Positions 38,773 through 51,295 of a stretch of 64,000 nucleotides of DNA are shown piece by piece (within the stretch, counting starts at the first letter, position 1; every line of letters begins with the position of its first letter). Below the pieces are notes generated by a model. That model saw only the letters and a program-made list of their open reading frames with translations. It was not told the origin of the DNA and searched no databases. The DNA lies in NCBI RefSeq assembly GCF_006345805.1, contig NC_043019.1, positions 6,137,360 through 6,201,359 on the forward strand, read 5' to 3'. The DNA comes from Octopus sinensis (lineage: Eukaryota). The translations under genes were made by a program, and so were the position numbers.

Positions 38773-39288
38773 TATGTTTGACTTTTGCTTTACATTTGCA
38801 GAAGCTGACTCTAAGTCTCACCCAGAAACCTCAAGAGACAACAAGTTGGAAGTTCCTGTTGGGGTTATGCCTAGGGTGCCATATATTTGGTTTTGTACTT
38901 AGTGTTGTACTAGTGAATGCCTAAAAAACCATATGAAAATTATGTTTGTTTTAAAATTTGAGATTATATAGAAAGTATTTTGCGCAGGATATGAGCAGTT
39001 CCCATGAGCACTATCTTTTGAATTTCTGCCATTTTTGGGTTTCCTGGTATCTGAGTTAGGTAGCAATCAGCCCCTTTTGCTATCATTCCCAGGGCACCTA
39101 TGACAACAGGTATTGTTTTAGTTTTCAGGCTCCACATTTTGCTGATTTCTATTTCAAGATCTTTATATTTGCTCAGTTCCTGGTAGGTCTTGACAGATAC
39201 GATTATATCGATTGGGACAGTCATATCAATGAGGAGGCATGTTTTTGTCTGAAGTTTTTCAATATGATGTCTGGTCTATTCGCATCTA
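38772..39288 (-). mobile_element. R4/Dong-like subfamily B 3' fragment
   Basis: MTVPIDI...LSKYKDLEIEISKMWSLKTKTIPVVIGALG plus 3' UTR. Confidence 0.85.
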
Positions 39289-39300
39289 TTATTATTATTA

Positions 39301-39366
<66 letters not shown>

Positions 39367-39367
39367 A

Positions 39368-39530
39368 ACGGCAGAGAGCGGGCAGAATCATTAGCACACT
39401 GTGGAAAATGCATTTCGTCCGTCTTTACGTTCTAGTTTCAAATTCCGCCGAGGTCGACTTTGCCTTTCATCCGTTCAGGTTTGATAAAATAAGTACCAGT
39501 TGAGCAGTGGGGTCGATCTAATCGACTTAC
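39368..39530 (+). mobile_element. SINE family C, partial
   Basis: Head and core motif. Confidence 0.75.
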
Positions 39531-39579
39531 TTGTGTGTCTTCAACTGGTTCAAAAAATAAATTTGTCAATCTACCAGAG

Positions 39580-39874
39580 AAACTTTCAAAGTACAAAGAC
39601 CTGGAAATAGAGCTAACTCGAATGTGGAACCTAAAAACAGAAACAATTCCTATCATAGTAGGCGCATTAGGTATGATAAAAAAATATTCAGACAAATACA
39701 TAACAAAAACACCAAAACTTACAAATATATTTAACATACAGAAAATTGCACTACTAGACACTACACACATCCTACGCAAAACACTTTCAATACAGTAACC
39801 ATAAGAGCATCACAACAAACCACAACACATACCCAAGGCACACAGAGCTGCGCTCGGTAGTGAAGTGAAAGCAC
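39580..39874 (+). mobile_element. R4/Dong-like subfamily A 3' fragment
   Basis: EKLSKYKDLEIELTRMWNLKTETIPIIVGALG plus 3' UTR. Confidence 0.85.
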
Positions 39875-39875
39875 A

Positions 39876-41663
39876 CAACTCAAGGGCTTACTAGCGATAG
39901 TCAAACAATTCAGTCAACAACTCAAGGGCTTACTAGCGATAGTCAAACAATTCAGTGACGACATCAGAATGCAATTCGGCCTCGATAAATGTGCAAAGGC
40001 TACCTTTATCAAAGGAAAAATGACAGAAACATCTAACGTTAACCTTGACCAACAGAATGTCATAAAAGAACTAGACCCAGCGGAGAGCTACAAGTACCTA
40101 GGGGTAATTGAAGGGAACGGAATAAGGCATTCAGAGATGAAGGAAAGGATCAGGAGAGAATGCTATCGAAGAGTGAGAGCAATACTCAAGACAGAGCTGA
40201 ATGCAAGAAACAGGATCGAAGCAATCAATGCATTAGCTATACCAGTCGTGACTTACAGTTTCAATATTGTTAACTGGTCAATTACTGAAATATGTCAGCT
40301 CGACAGAAAACTAAGGAAACTGTTGACAATGCATAGAATGCACCACCCTAAGGCAGATACAGAACGACTCTATCTGCCAAGAAAAGAGGGAGGCCGTGGT
40401 CTTTTGCAACTGGCAATAACAATGAAGATTGCTACAATTGGCCTAGACACCTACCTGAAAAACTCTGAGGACTGGATGTTAAAACTTGTCTCAAAACATG
40501 AAAACAAGAAAGCATCATACTCAGTCACAAAACAGGCAAGGAATATCTAAGTGAATTCCGAATACAACCAATTTCGGAATTAGAGATAGACATACAAGAA
40601 ACAAGCACAGAAAAAGCTAGGCGCATGAAAACCCGTGCCAAAACTGCGGCCTTAGATATTCTGAATAATAAATGGCAAGAAAAACCTCTCTATGGCAAAT
40701 ACCCAAAGAGAGCGAATAATGCAGATATCGACAAAGCCCTGACCCATCAATGGCTAATAGCCTCTGGCTTAAAATCTGAAACAGAGGGGTTTATCATAGC
40801 AGCTCAAGATCAATGCCTACCAACAAGAAACTACCAGGCCAACATATTAAAGATCAGAAGCAGTCCAACGTGTCGTGTATGCAAGCAACAAAATGAACCA
40901 TTGACCATGTGGTCTCCAAGTGCAGTCTTCTAGCGCCTACAGAGTATCTCAACAGGCACGATAGAGCTGCACAATATATTCACTGGGTAATCTGTAAAAA
41001 CCTGGATTTGCCCCATGAAAAAACTGGTGGGAACACAAACCACCCCCAGTGCTTGAAAATGACCACATCTCACTCCTCTGGAACTTCACCATTCAAACTG
41101 ACAGGAAGATAGATGCAAATAGGCCAGACATCATATTGAAAGACTTCAAACAAAGAATGCCTCCTCATTGATATGACTGTCCCAATCGATATAAACGTAT
41201 CTGTCAGGACCTACCAAAAACTGAGCAAATATAAAGATCTTGAAATAGAAATCAGCAAAATGTGGAAGCTGAAGACTAAACAATACCTGTTGTCATAGGT
41301 GCCCTGGGAATGATAGCAAAAGGGGCTGATAGCTACCTAACTCAGATACCAGAAACCCAAAAATGGCAGAAGTTCAAACGATAGTGCTCATGGGAACTGC
41401 TCATATCCTACGCAAAATACTCTCTATGTAACCTCAAGGTTTAAAACAACACCATAATTTTCGGTTTAAAAAAAAAAAAAAAAAAAAAAAAACTTTTTAT
41501 TATTTTTTTTTTTAGACATTCATTAGTACAACATCCCCACCCCCCAAATATATGGCACACTAGGCATAACAACAACATGAACTTCCAACCCTGTTGTCTC
41601 TTGAGGTCTCTGGGTGAGACTTGGAGCCAACTTGTACAAATATAAAGCAAAAGTCAAACATAG
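39876..41663 (+). mobile_element. R4/Dong-like subfamily B, 5'-truncated (RT C-terminal part, CCHC, RLE)
   Basis: MQFGLDKCAK, YKYLG, HHPKADTERLYLPRKEGGRGL, AAQDQ, CRVC...HVVSKC, RHD, NRPDII; frameshifted; 42-bp tandem duplication at the 5' junction. Confidence 0.9.
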
Positions 41664-41664
41664 A

Positions 41665-41699
<35 letters not shown>

Positions 41700-41721
41700 A
41701 ATAATGATAATAATAATAATA

Positions 41722-43051
41722 ATTAACACAGATAATAGGTATCAACACTTTAGCTGTCCCAGTTATAAGTTACAGCTACAATATCCTTAACTGGACACGA
41801 AATGAACTGTCCAAAATAGATAGAAAAACAAGAAAAATACTGACAGGATCTAGGATGCATCACCCAAAATCTGACATAGAAAGACTATATATACAACGTA
41901 TAGAAGGTGGTAGAGGCCTTATACAGCTGGAAAACTACTATAAAATAACCACCATAGGACTGCAAAAATACCTACTTCAGAAGGAAGGAAAACTGATCCA
42001 GATAGCAGCAAAACACGAGCAAAACAAAAAACTGTTCTCAGTATTTAAGGAAGCTGACAAATACAAAGAAGAAATCATACCACCTAATAAACACAAGAGG
42101 AAGAAGAAGATGATGAAGAAACAACAAAAGCTATAAAACAATGAAATCCAAACTAAAAATAGAACAGCAACGATCCATGATAAAACGATGGCAAGAAAAG
42201 CCCATTCATGGTAAATACTGCACTAAACTAAACGCAAAAGAAATAGACAAAGAAAAATCCCAGCAATGGTTGAGAAGCTCAGGACTCAAAGCAGAAACAG
42301 AGGGATTTTTAATTGCAGCACAAGACCAAAGCCTCCCCACCAGAAATTACCAAAAACATGTAATGAAACGAAATATTACAAGTAACTGCAGAATATGTGG
42401 AGATGGACAAGAAACAATAAATCATATTATCTCTAGCTGCCCAGTCCTGGCTAAGAAGGATATATTCACAGACATGACAGAGTTGGAACCTACATACGTT
42501 GGAAGCTATGCCAACATTATGGAATAACAACAGAAAAAAGATGGTATAAGCACACACCAGAAAAGGTCACAGAAAACGAGAAAGCAACCATACTCTGGGA
42601 TATGCCGATACACACAGATAGAGAAATTAAGGCCAACAGACCAGATATAGTGTCAGAGATCATGAAGAAAAAAAATGCTTTCTAATTGATGTATCAATAC
42701 CGGCTGATGACAACGTGTCTCTAAAAGAAATGGAGAAACTCTCAAAATACAAAGACCTGGAAATAGAGGTAACTAGAATGTGGAACCTGAAAACAGAAAA
42801 ACATTCCTATCATAGTAGGTGCATTAGGTATGATAAAAAATATTCAGACAAATACATAACAAAAACACCAGGATTTACAAACACATATAACATACAGAAA
42901 ATTGCACTACTAGGCACTGCACACATCCTACGCAGAACACTTTCCATACAATAACCATCAGAGCATCACAACAAATCACAGCACATACCCAAGGCACACA
43001 GAGCTGCGCTCGGTAGTGAAGTGAAAGCACGCTATAAAAATAAAACTACTG
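41722..43051 (+). mobile_element. R4/Dong-like subfamily A, 5'-truncated
   Basis: HHPKSDIERLYIQRIEGGRGL, KAETEGFLIAAQDQ, CRICGDGQETINHIISSC, KYKDL; followed by (AAT)n. Confidence 0.9.
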
Positions 43052-43053
43052 AA

Positions 43054-43084
<31 letters not shown>

Positions 43085-43093
43085 ATAATAATA

Positions 43094-43146
<53 letters not shown>

Positions 43147-43689
43147 GGAAAAATGGTAGTGATGCTAACAATAATAATAATTGCAACTCTAACATAGACT
43201 GCTACGTCAGTAGTAGTAACAACCGTAATATCTGTGATAGACAGGTAGCCGACCTTACCAGTAATGATGCTGTCTCCCAGCGAACTATTTCAACGTCGAA
43301 GTACATGACCGCTTTATGTAGCAGTACTAGCCACCCTCGGAGCAGCAATAGTGTTAGCGGTGCCTGTAAAAAAATAAACCTTAACACAGATAAAGATGCA
43401 ACTAGCCGGGATAACATCCACATCGATTCTAACATAAGTGAAGATTAGTTAGCTTCTAAAGATTATGGTAACTTCCACCATTAAGGATCTGTTGTAACTT
43501 CCACCATTAAGGATCTGTTGTAACTTCCACCATTGCAATGGTAGTGCCGTTGCTAATAGTGATAACTCACTATCTCTTACGTAACCCCGGATAATTCAGG
43601 TAAATCTATCAGGTCTAACAATAGTTATCACTCTCTGCAGTTCTTGAATAACACTAGAGGTACTATTGGCCATAAATCTCCTTAATTAT

Positions 43690-44030
43690 GTAACTTTAAA
43701 AACAAACTTCTGTACCCTCCAAATATTTAATGCCTCACTAAAAATATCATATATAGATGTGATGTAATAGTCAACCTAATCCCTTTCGCCTACATCGGTT
43801 CCATGTCTTACTAATTCAAGTGTAAATAATACTTATACTTCTTATACTTTCAATAATCGTAATAAGGCTAAGATTACATCACTCGCGGAAAAATTTGTGA
43901 ATTAAAAGACAAAAATATTAGATTCCAAATTACCTGGAGCATAATAAAATATCCATTGCCCTATTGAAATGATCGTTACGGGTGCACCCTTTGCTGCACT
44001 GAATTATGGGAAATGTACAGGCAATATCCT
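43690..44030 (+). pseudogene. Degenerate Penelope-type GIY-YIG endonuclease region
   Basis: CLTKNIIYRCDV...AYIGS...ITWSIIK...CTLC pattern across frameshifts. Confidence 0.6.
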
Positions 44031-44621
44031 TGTCAAGTCTAATGGACTTCGGATAATATGCTCACATTATATTCGAAAAATATCTTTAGATTTTGAACGA
44101 GTTACCTAATAGGTTCGAATAATATTTTTTAGGTACTATTTATTCATAGTCTGTATATCCGTCTCACTTAAATATTACGAATATAAATCTATAGATATTA
44201 CTTGAGCGAAATGTTCAATTATATTATCGTCCTCCGGGTTATGCATTCTCATATATATTTGCAACCTCTATCTTCAATAATAATGAAATATTTGATAATC
44301 CGGTGTATGACCTTCTATTATTTGTCTACCTTCTGTTATTCATCTACGCTGTTCGTATATCTTATATATCTTTCTTTACATTATATTATTTGGTTTATAT
44401 CTATATAGTTTATATAAGTATATATATATATATATAAAAGGAAATGAAAAAAATGCTGACAAAATAATTTAAGTAAGGGAGAGTGTATTTAATTAGGTGA
44501 AAGTTCTTTTTTTAGACAAAAAAAAAGAGAAAAATTGGGTTAGAATACAATGTTCATTTTTTGTGAATGATTTCAGTGTATAAGAAAAAAAGTAAGAGTC
44601 TTTTACAGTGTTCTGTACATA

Positions 44622-45035
44622 GGCGCAGGAGTGGTTGTGTGGTAAGTAGCTTGCTAACCAACCACATGGTTCCGGGTTCAGTCCCACTGCGTGGCATCTT
44701 GGGCAAGTGTCTTCTGCTATAGCCTCGGGCCGACCAATGCCTTGTGAGTGGATTTGGTAGACGGAAACTGAAAGAAGCCTGTCGTATATATGTGTATATG
44801 TATATATGTATGTGTGTGTATGTGTTTGTGTGTCTGTGTTTGTCCCTCTAGCATTGCTTGACAACTGATGCTGGTGTGTTTACGTCCCCGTCACTTAGCG
44901 GTTCAGCAAAAAGAGACCGATAGAATAAGTACTGGGCTTACAAAGAATAAGTCCCGGGGTTGATTTGCTCGACTAAAGGCGGTGCTCCAGCGTGGCCGCA
45001 GTCAAATGACTGAAACAAGTAAAAAGAGTAAAAGT
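44622..45035 (+). mobile_element. SINE family A, full length
   Basis: Close to the family A sequence. Confidence 0.9.
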
Positions 45036-45920
45036 GTATATATGGCTCTAAGTGTATATGTGTATATGTATACGTGTATACATATATACATGTGTACGTA
45101 CACGCATGCGAGTGTACGTGTGGATGTGTGTATAATATCTGTGTTTATGTATATGTATATATGTGTGTGTGTGTGTGTCTATGCATGTGTGAGTGTGTAT
45201 GTGTGAGAAAAGGTGATAACAGTTTTACGACTTTCTGCAAGTCTGGTGTTTTCCTTCTGGGCTTTAATGACCTATGAGACATTTATTGGCTATAGCTTGT
45301 CTGTGTCCTTTCTACGTCCTCATATCCTGTTTGGCTAATAACCTAATTAAAATAACTGTTTTTCAAATAATAGAGTCGTTTGATCCCTTGCTTCTTGCAT
45401 GTCCCTTACAGACACTCCTGCTTTCTCTATAAATTCGAGTGTTATTTCATAAAATACCACTTAGGCAAAGTCTTACTTGGATTCATTATCAAGTTATTAT
45501 CACTTCTATTTATCCCTTTTTTTAAATTTTACCTGAAGATGGTGGATAATATTCTATGATGTAGTCTACAGATACATCAACAAAATTATTTCTCATACCT
45601 ATGCGGCACCTTGAACAAGCTCTAATACCTTCACCGTTGTTTTACCTCTCTGTGTGAGTATATATATATATATACAATCATATCAAAGGGAAATGGAATT
45701 TAATTAAAATTAAAAACATTCAATTAAAATTTACATTTCCAGTGGTCTAACGTGTAAAAACTTTTAGTCAAAAAGACTATATATTAGTCATACGATATAG
45801 TGTATATTTAAACACATAGAGAATTCACTTATAGGGATTCTACACGCTAGAAAGAACAGCTAAGTTCCATAACCACAAAAAATGGGAATATATATACATA
45901 CATACATATATATATATATA

Positions 45921-46314
45921 CTAGCAGTATCGCCCGGCGTTGCTCGGGTTTGTAAGGGAAATAATTATATAAGCATTTTTAGAGATCTAAAGTATAATAG
46001 CCATCTCAATATGGCTAACCACAAAGGGGGAGGGGAGTTACTGTAGCTTTTTACGTTCTGAGATTTAATAATAAATTTTAGAGAGTTACTTCCCTTATAT
46101 ATGTCAAAAATGGATTAAAAATGGGAAAAATTGATGGTAATTTTTTTTTAAATCGTAGACTCATCGTAGACGCGCGCTAATACCCAGACGGTCTCGATAT
46201 GAATCACGACTATAAGATACCCGGTTTTAGTTAAACTGCACCGCAAAATGTGGGAGTAGTTAGGAATCTAAATCGTAGGAGACAGACACACAACCTCACT
46301 TTTATATATAAAGA
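45921..46314 (-). mobile_element. Non-autonomous Helitron (28160 family)
   Basis: A|TC and hairpin-CTAG|T termini; body matches 28160-28529. Confidence 0.85.
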
Positions 46315-46475
46315 TTTCCTCTATTTACATAATATTGAGGTCTCTTTCTTTCTTTTGTTATCTTACTGTTTTTACCAATATACATATATATATATATATA
46401 AATATATATATAGTTACAGAGATGTACTTGCATAGCAATGACTTGATCTGAGATCGTGTGCTGGAACGAAAACAG

Positions 46476-46731
46476 TTGCAGCGTTGAAGGTGTTTATAAG
46501 CCATTTAAGAAACACACAAAAACCGTTAGATTCACTTAAACATTTAATTTAATTTGTCAAAATATTTTCGTCGCTTTGAGACCGCGACCGTTAGCACGAT
46601 ATTTTTGTCAGTGAACAGGTGGCGGTCTCAAGCGACGAAAATATTTTGGCAAATTAAATTTAAATGTTGAAGTGAATGTAACGGTTTTTGTGTGTTTCTT
46701 AAATGGCTTACAAACACCTTCCACGCTGCAA
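46476..46731. repeat. Inverted repeat with 114-bp arms and 28-nt spacer (inverted PLE pseudo-LTR-like)
   Basis: 46476-46589 versus 46618-46731. Confidence 0.85.
46604..46653 (+). ncRNA. Minimal type-I hammerhead ribozyme, G3-C8 core variant
   Basis: tttgtca-GTGAACA-g-gtggc ggtctcaa gcgac-GAAA-atat-TT-tggcaaa; the inverted arm keeps perfectly pairing gtcgc and tgacaaa. Confidence 0.7.
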
Positions 46732-47086
46732 TATATATACACACATATAATATATATGTATGTATGTGTGTATATGTGTATGCATGTATGTGTGTGTGTG
46801 TGCGTGTCTGTGCTTGTGATTGTCCTCTACCACTGCTTGACAACGAATGTTGATTTGTTTACATCCCTGTCACCTAGTGGTTTGACAAAGGAAACAGATA
46901 GAATAAGTACAATGCTTACGAAAATAAAACTGGAGTTGATTCATTAAACTACAATTCTTCAAGGCATTGCCCCAGCATGGCCACAGACCAATGGCTGAAA
47001 AAAGCAGAAGAATAAAAGAATACATTCTCTGCTTTGGTCTTATGTTCAAGGCATGAGAAAGCTTGAGTTTACATGAGGCCTAACAG

Positions 47087-47346
47087 ACCTGGTAGAAACA
47101 GCAGCCAAATCTCCCTCAAATCACACCTTACTGTCTTATGTATGATATATATATGAGCCAATGAGGGGGACCTCTACATGGTAGCTAGACCTGGTAGAAA
47201 TAGCAGCCAAATTTCCCCCAAATCACCCTTACTGTCTTATCTATGTATATATGTATGTATGAGCCTATGAGGGAGACCCCTACATGGCAGCTAGACATGG
47301 TAGAAATAGCAGCCAAATCTCCCTCAAATCACACCTTACTGTCTTT
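47087..47346 (+). repeat. Tandem ~100-bp units (about 2.5 copies)
   Basis: gacctggtagaaatagcagccaaatctccctcaaatcacacc recurs three times. Confidence 0.85.
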
Positions 47347-47575
47347 CTCTGCTATTGGATATAGGTCTTATATTCGTCTAAAAAACTTTCCTGTCACACA
47401 CTCACGCACACGCACACACACACACAGACACACACGCACAACACACACACACACTCACAAACACGCACGTTAGCTTACAATTTTATTTATATATTTGCGT
47501 GTCTATGGTGGAAAGAGGAAGTGGGAGGCAGAGTGAAAGAATCACTCACTACAGTAAGTGAATTACTTTCATTTT

Positions 47576-47875
47576 ATTCGTTGCCCATGTGTGTGTGCGT
47601 TTGCGTGTGGTGTAAACCAGACTAAGAAAAGCATTTGACACACACAACCAGAATGTGAGTTTTCTGTAAATTTTGCTTAATTGGAGTTAAATTTTAAAAA
47701 CTGGACCTGGCATGACGCGATGCATTCTACTCTTAAAAATGCTAGGTAAATTGTAATTGAAGAAATCCTATATTGTAGATTTGTATAACTCCCAAAGGGA
47801 GGCAGATAAAATCTGCCTTTTATAATAAGATATATATATATATATATATATATTCTATATATATATATATATATA

Positions 47876-47906
<31 letters not shown>

Positions 47907-48978
47907 TAGATATAGTATATTTTATAGCAAACTGTTACTTTCAAAGCACAAAAAATAAAAGTGTCATTGAAATCAGTCTGTAAAAACTGAATTTATTTTC
48001 TTGCAAAACATATTATGGTTACAACATACACTAAAATACGTGAAGTAAAACTAGTTTTATACGAAAACTTCGTTTAAAATGTGACACGCTCCCTCGACTA
48101 TTGGTGTAAAACTCACGTTGTAAATATACACGCAATTGTTTTTAACGAAAAGATATGTGTTATGTGCGAACATATTTTTGTATCTTTATTTTCATACAAT
48201 TAGATATATAATAGAAATACCTACTGTGCTGAAGTGCTGAAAAGTAAAACTTACTGTATTCGAATGTTTGTGTGTATATTCGTTGCCCACTGTGTGTGTG
48301 CGTTTGCGTGTGGTGTAAACCAGACTAAGAAAAGCATTTGACACACACACCAGAATGTGAGTTTTCTGTAAATTTTGCTTAATTGGAGTTTAAATTTTAA
48401 AAACTGGACCTGGCATGACGCGATGCATTGTACTCTTAAAAATGCTAGGTAAATTGTAATTGAAGAAATCCTATATTGTAGATTTGTATAACTCCCAAAG
48501 GGAGGCAGATAAAATCTGCCTTTTATAATAAGAGATATATATATACACACACACATTCGAATACAGTAAGTTTTACTTTTCAGCACTTCAGCACAGTAGG
48601 TATTTCTATTATATATCTAATTGTATGAAAATAAAGATACAAAAATATGTTCGCACATAACACATATCTTTTCGTTTAAAAACAATTGCGTGTATATTTA
48701 CAACGTGAGTTTTACACCAAATAGTCGAGGGAGCGTGTCACATTTTTAAACGAAAGTTTTCGTATAAAACTAGTTTTACTTCACGTATTTTAGTGTATGT
48801 TGTAACCATAATATGTTTTGCAAGAAAAATAAATTCAGTTTTTACAGACTGATTTCAATGACACGTTTTATTTTTTGTGCTTTGAAAGTTAACAGTTTGC
48901 TATAAAATATACTATATCTATATCTATCTATTTATTATATATATATACATATATATATATATTTATATAATATATATA

Positions 48979-49029
<51 letters not shown>

Positions 49030-49038
49030 ATATATATA

Positions 49039-49070
<32 letters not shown>
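47576..49070. repeat. Helitron 5' modules (47576-47830, 48281-48535, both minus) interleaved with an inverted duplication (47881-48280 / 48541-48930)
   Basis: Direct comparison of the modules. Confidence 0.85.
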
Positions 49071-49071
<1 letters not shown>

Positions 49072-50316
49072 CTTTCTTATTATAAAAGGCAGATTTTATT
49101 TGCCTCCCTTTGTCACTTATAGAAATCTACAATATAGGATTTCTTCAATTACAATTTACCTAGCATTTTTAAGAGTAGAATGCATCGGGTCATGCCAGGT
49201 CCAGTTTTTAAAATTTAAACTCCAATTAAGCAAAATTTACAGAAAACTCACATTCTGGTGTGTATGTCAAATGCTTTTCTTAATGTGGTTTACACCACAC
49301 ACAAACGCACACACACACAAACGGAGCGAACTGTTTCACTGACGCTATCACCCTTCTCCTCCTTTGTCTTTGCAAGTTTGCAGCTATTAAAGTGAAAACA
49401 GTGAATCCGACAGCGATAAAGAAAACGAATTAGCACCTGAATGGAGTGAAAATTTAAAAACTGTTTCTTTCGGTGATTTTTCTGAAGAAACTGCACCAAG
49501 CCACAGACTTTCCCAGGAGAGTAAAGCCTTAGACTATTTCTTTTTACTTTTTCGAATGAGCCTATTTGAAATCATTACGGCAGAAACGTAAACAAAACGA
49601 AAGAAAGGATAGTTTGTTATTTCCCACAACCTTAAATGAAATTAAGGCCTATTTTGCCATAAATATTATTATGGGTATCAGAAAGTTACCCAGAAAAACA
49701 AATTCTATCGTAAAATTTTGTTGTATACCCAATTGAATATTAGCTAATAACCCATTTTCTATAGCGATGTTTGAACAAAATTTTAATAATTTTATATATT
49801 GTTGAATTTACCTGTATCTACCTGCAATTAGAGTCACTTGTGACAAAAATTATAGTATAGAATTGGTTGAGGAACTTTCATTAAATATCTTCCAAAAATC
49901 ACATTAATATATTGATAAATAAAAAAGTTATTGTTGTTTAATGAAACCAGACTAATTTATGATTACGTTAGAAATTAATTGAAACACATAGGGGTGTATT
50001 TTGGCCAAAACCGGGTATCTTATAGTCGTGAGTCATATCGAGCCCTTCTGGGTATTAGCGCGCGTCTACGATGAGTCTACGATTAAAAAAATTTACCATC
50101 ATATTTTTCCATTTTAATGCATTTTTTTCGCTATTATATAAGGGAAGTAACTCTCTAAAAATATCTACGATGTGTCAACGATTTTAAAAAGAAATTTACT
50201 TTAATTTTTTTTCCATTTTTAATGCATTTTTTCCTATTTTTTGGCTATAACTCTCTAAAAATGCTTATATAGTTATTTCCCTTACAAACCCGAGCAACGC
50301 CGGGCGATACTGCTAG
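49071..50316 (+). mobile_element. Non-autonomous Helitron, long form
   Basis: A|TC start; shared hairpin and CTAG|T at 50313-50317. Confidence 0.8.
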
Positions 50317-50329
50317 TATATATATAGAT

Positions 50330-50368
<39 letters not shown>

Positions 50369-50504
50369 CCTGAATTTAATTTAATTCTATGTATTTATGT
50401 AGCTGAGGATTGCTCTGCATTTAAATTGATATTGGTTGCATTGTTCCATTAAATGGAGTCGCTTGAAACTATCGTACTGCATTACCTCTGGATATCCTGT
50501 TGCT

Positions 50505-50539
<35 letters not shown>

Positions 50540-50542
<3 letters not shown>

Positions 50543-51295
50543 TATTATAAAAGGGAGATTTTATCTGCCTCCCTTTGTCAGTTATAGAAATCTACAATAT
50601 AGGATTTCTTCAATTACAATTTACCTAGCATTTTTAAGAGTAGAATGCATCGGGTCATGCCAGGTCCAGTTTTTTAAATTTAAACTCCAATTAAGCAAAA
50701 TTTACAGAAAACACACATTCTGGTGTGTATGTCAAATGCTTTTCTTAATGTGGTTTACACCACACTCACACGCGCACACACAGTGTGCAACGAATAAAAT
50801 GAAAGTAATTCACTGTGTGTGTGTTGACAGGTAGACAATAGAATGCGATGGCGATGGCGATGGCGATGTAATATTTGTTTCTGTCTATCACGCTGATAGA
50901 TACATGAGTAAAATGTATGGCAAGCTAAGAGATAAGAGTGAGTGAAAATGTTCTTGGAAGAGAGTAAATAGCGACAGAGTGATTTGAGGAAGACTAAACT
51001 GAAAGTATTTCTATAAAACGGATCACTCATGCTATCAACATAATTTCTCCCACTTTCTCTTTGCAAGTGTACCTTAAACCACTACTCAAAAATAAAAAAC
51101 ACGGCAAACAGAAACAAATAAATACATAACGATTTACTCCCTCACAATTTCTTCAATTAGAGTTTACCTAAGATTTTTCAAAGTACTCCATTCGGTCATG
51201 CCATAACAAATTTCTTTCAATTTTACCCCCAATTAAGACAAAATTCGAGAAAACTCAATATTTTAACATTTCACTCCGAAAGCATTGATGTACAT
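50540..51295 (+). mobile_element. Helitron 5' module with a diverged internal repeat of itself
   Basis: A|TCTTATTATAAAAG start as at 49071; diverged module at ~51140-51295; 3' end not found. Confidence 0.6.

Noticed and set aside
39969-41430. Intact active LINE ORF
   Set aside because: 5'-truncated and broken by frameshifts; no intact transposase or RT found in the window
45530-45575. CTGAAGATGG motif
   Set aside because: No downstream GAAA; at best an unrecognisable relic
47087-47346. CRISPR-like repeat and spacer look
   Set aside because: The inter-repeat parts are homologous to each other and the context is eukaryotic
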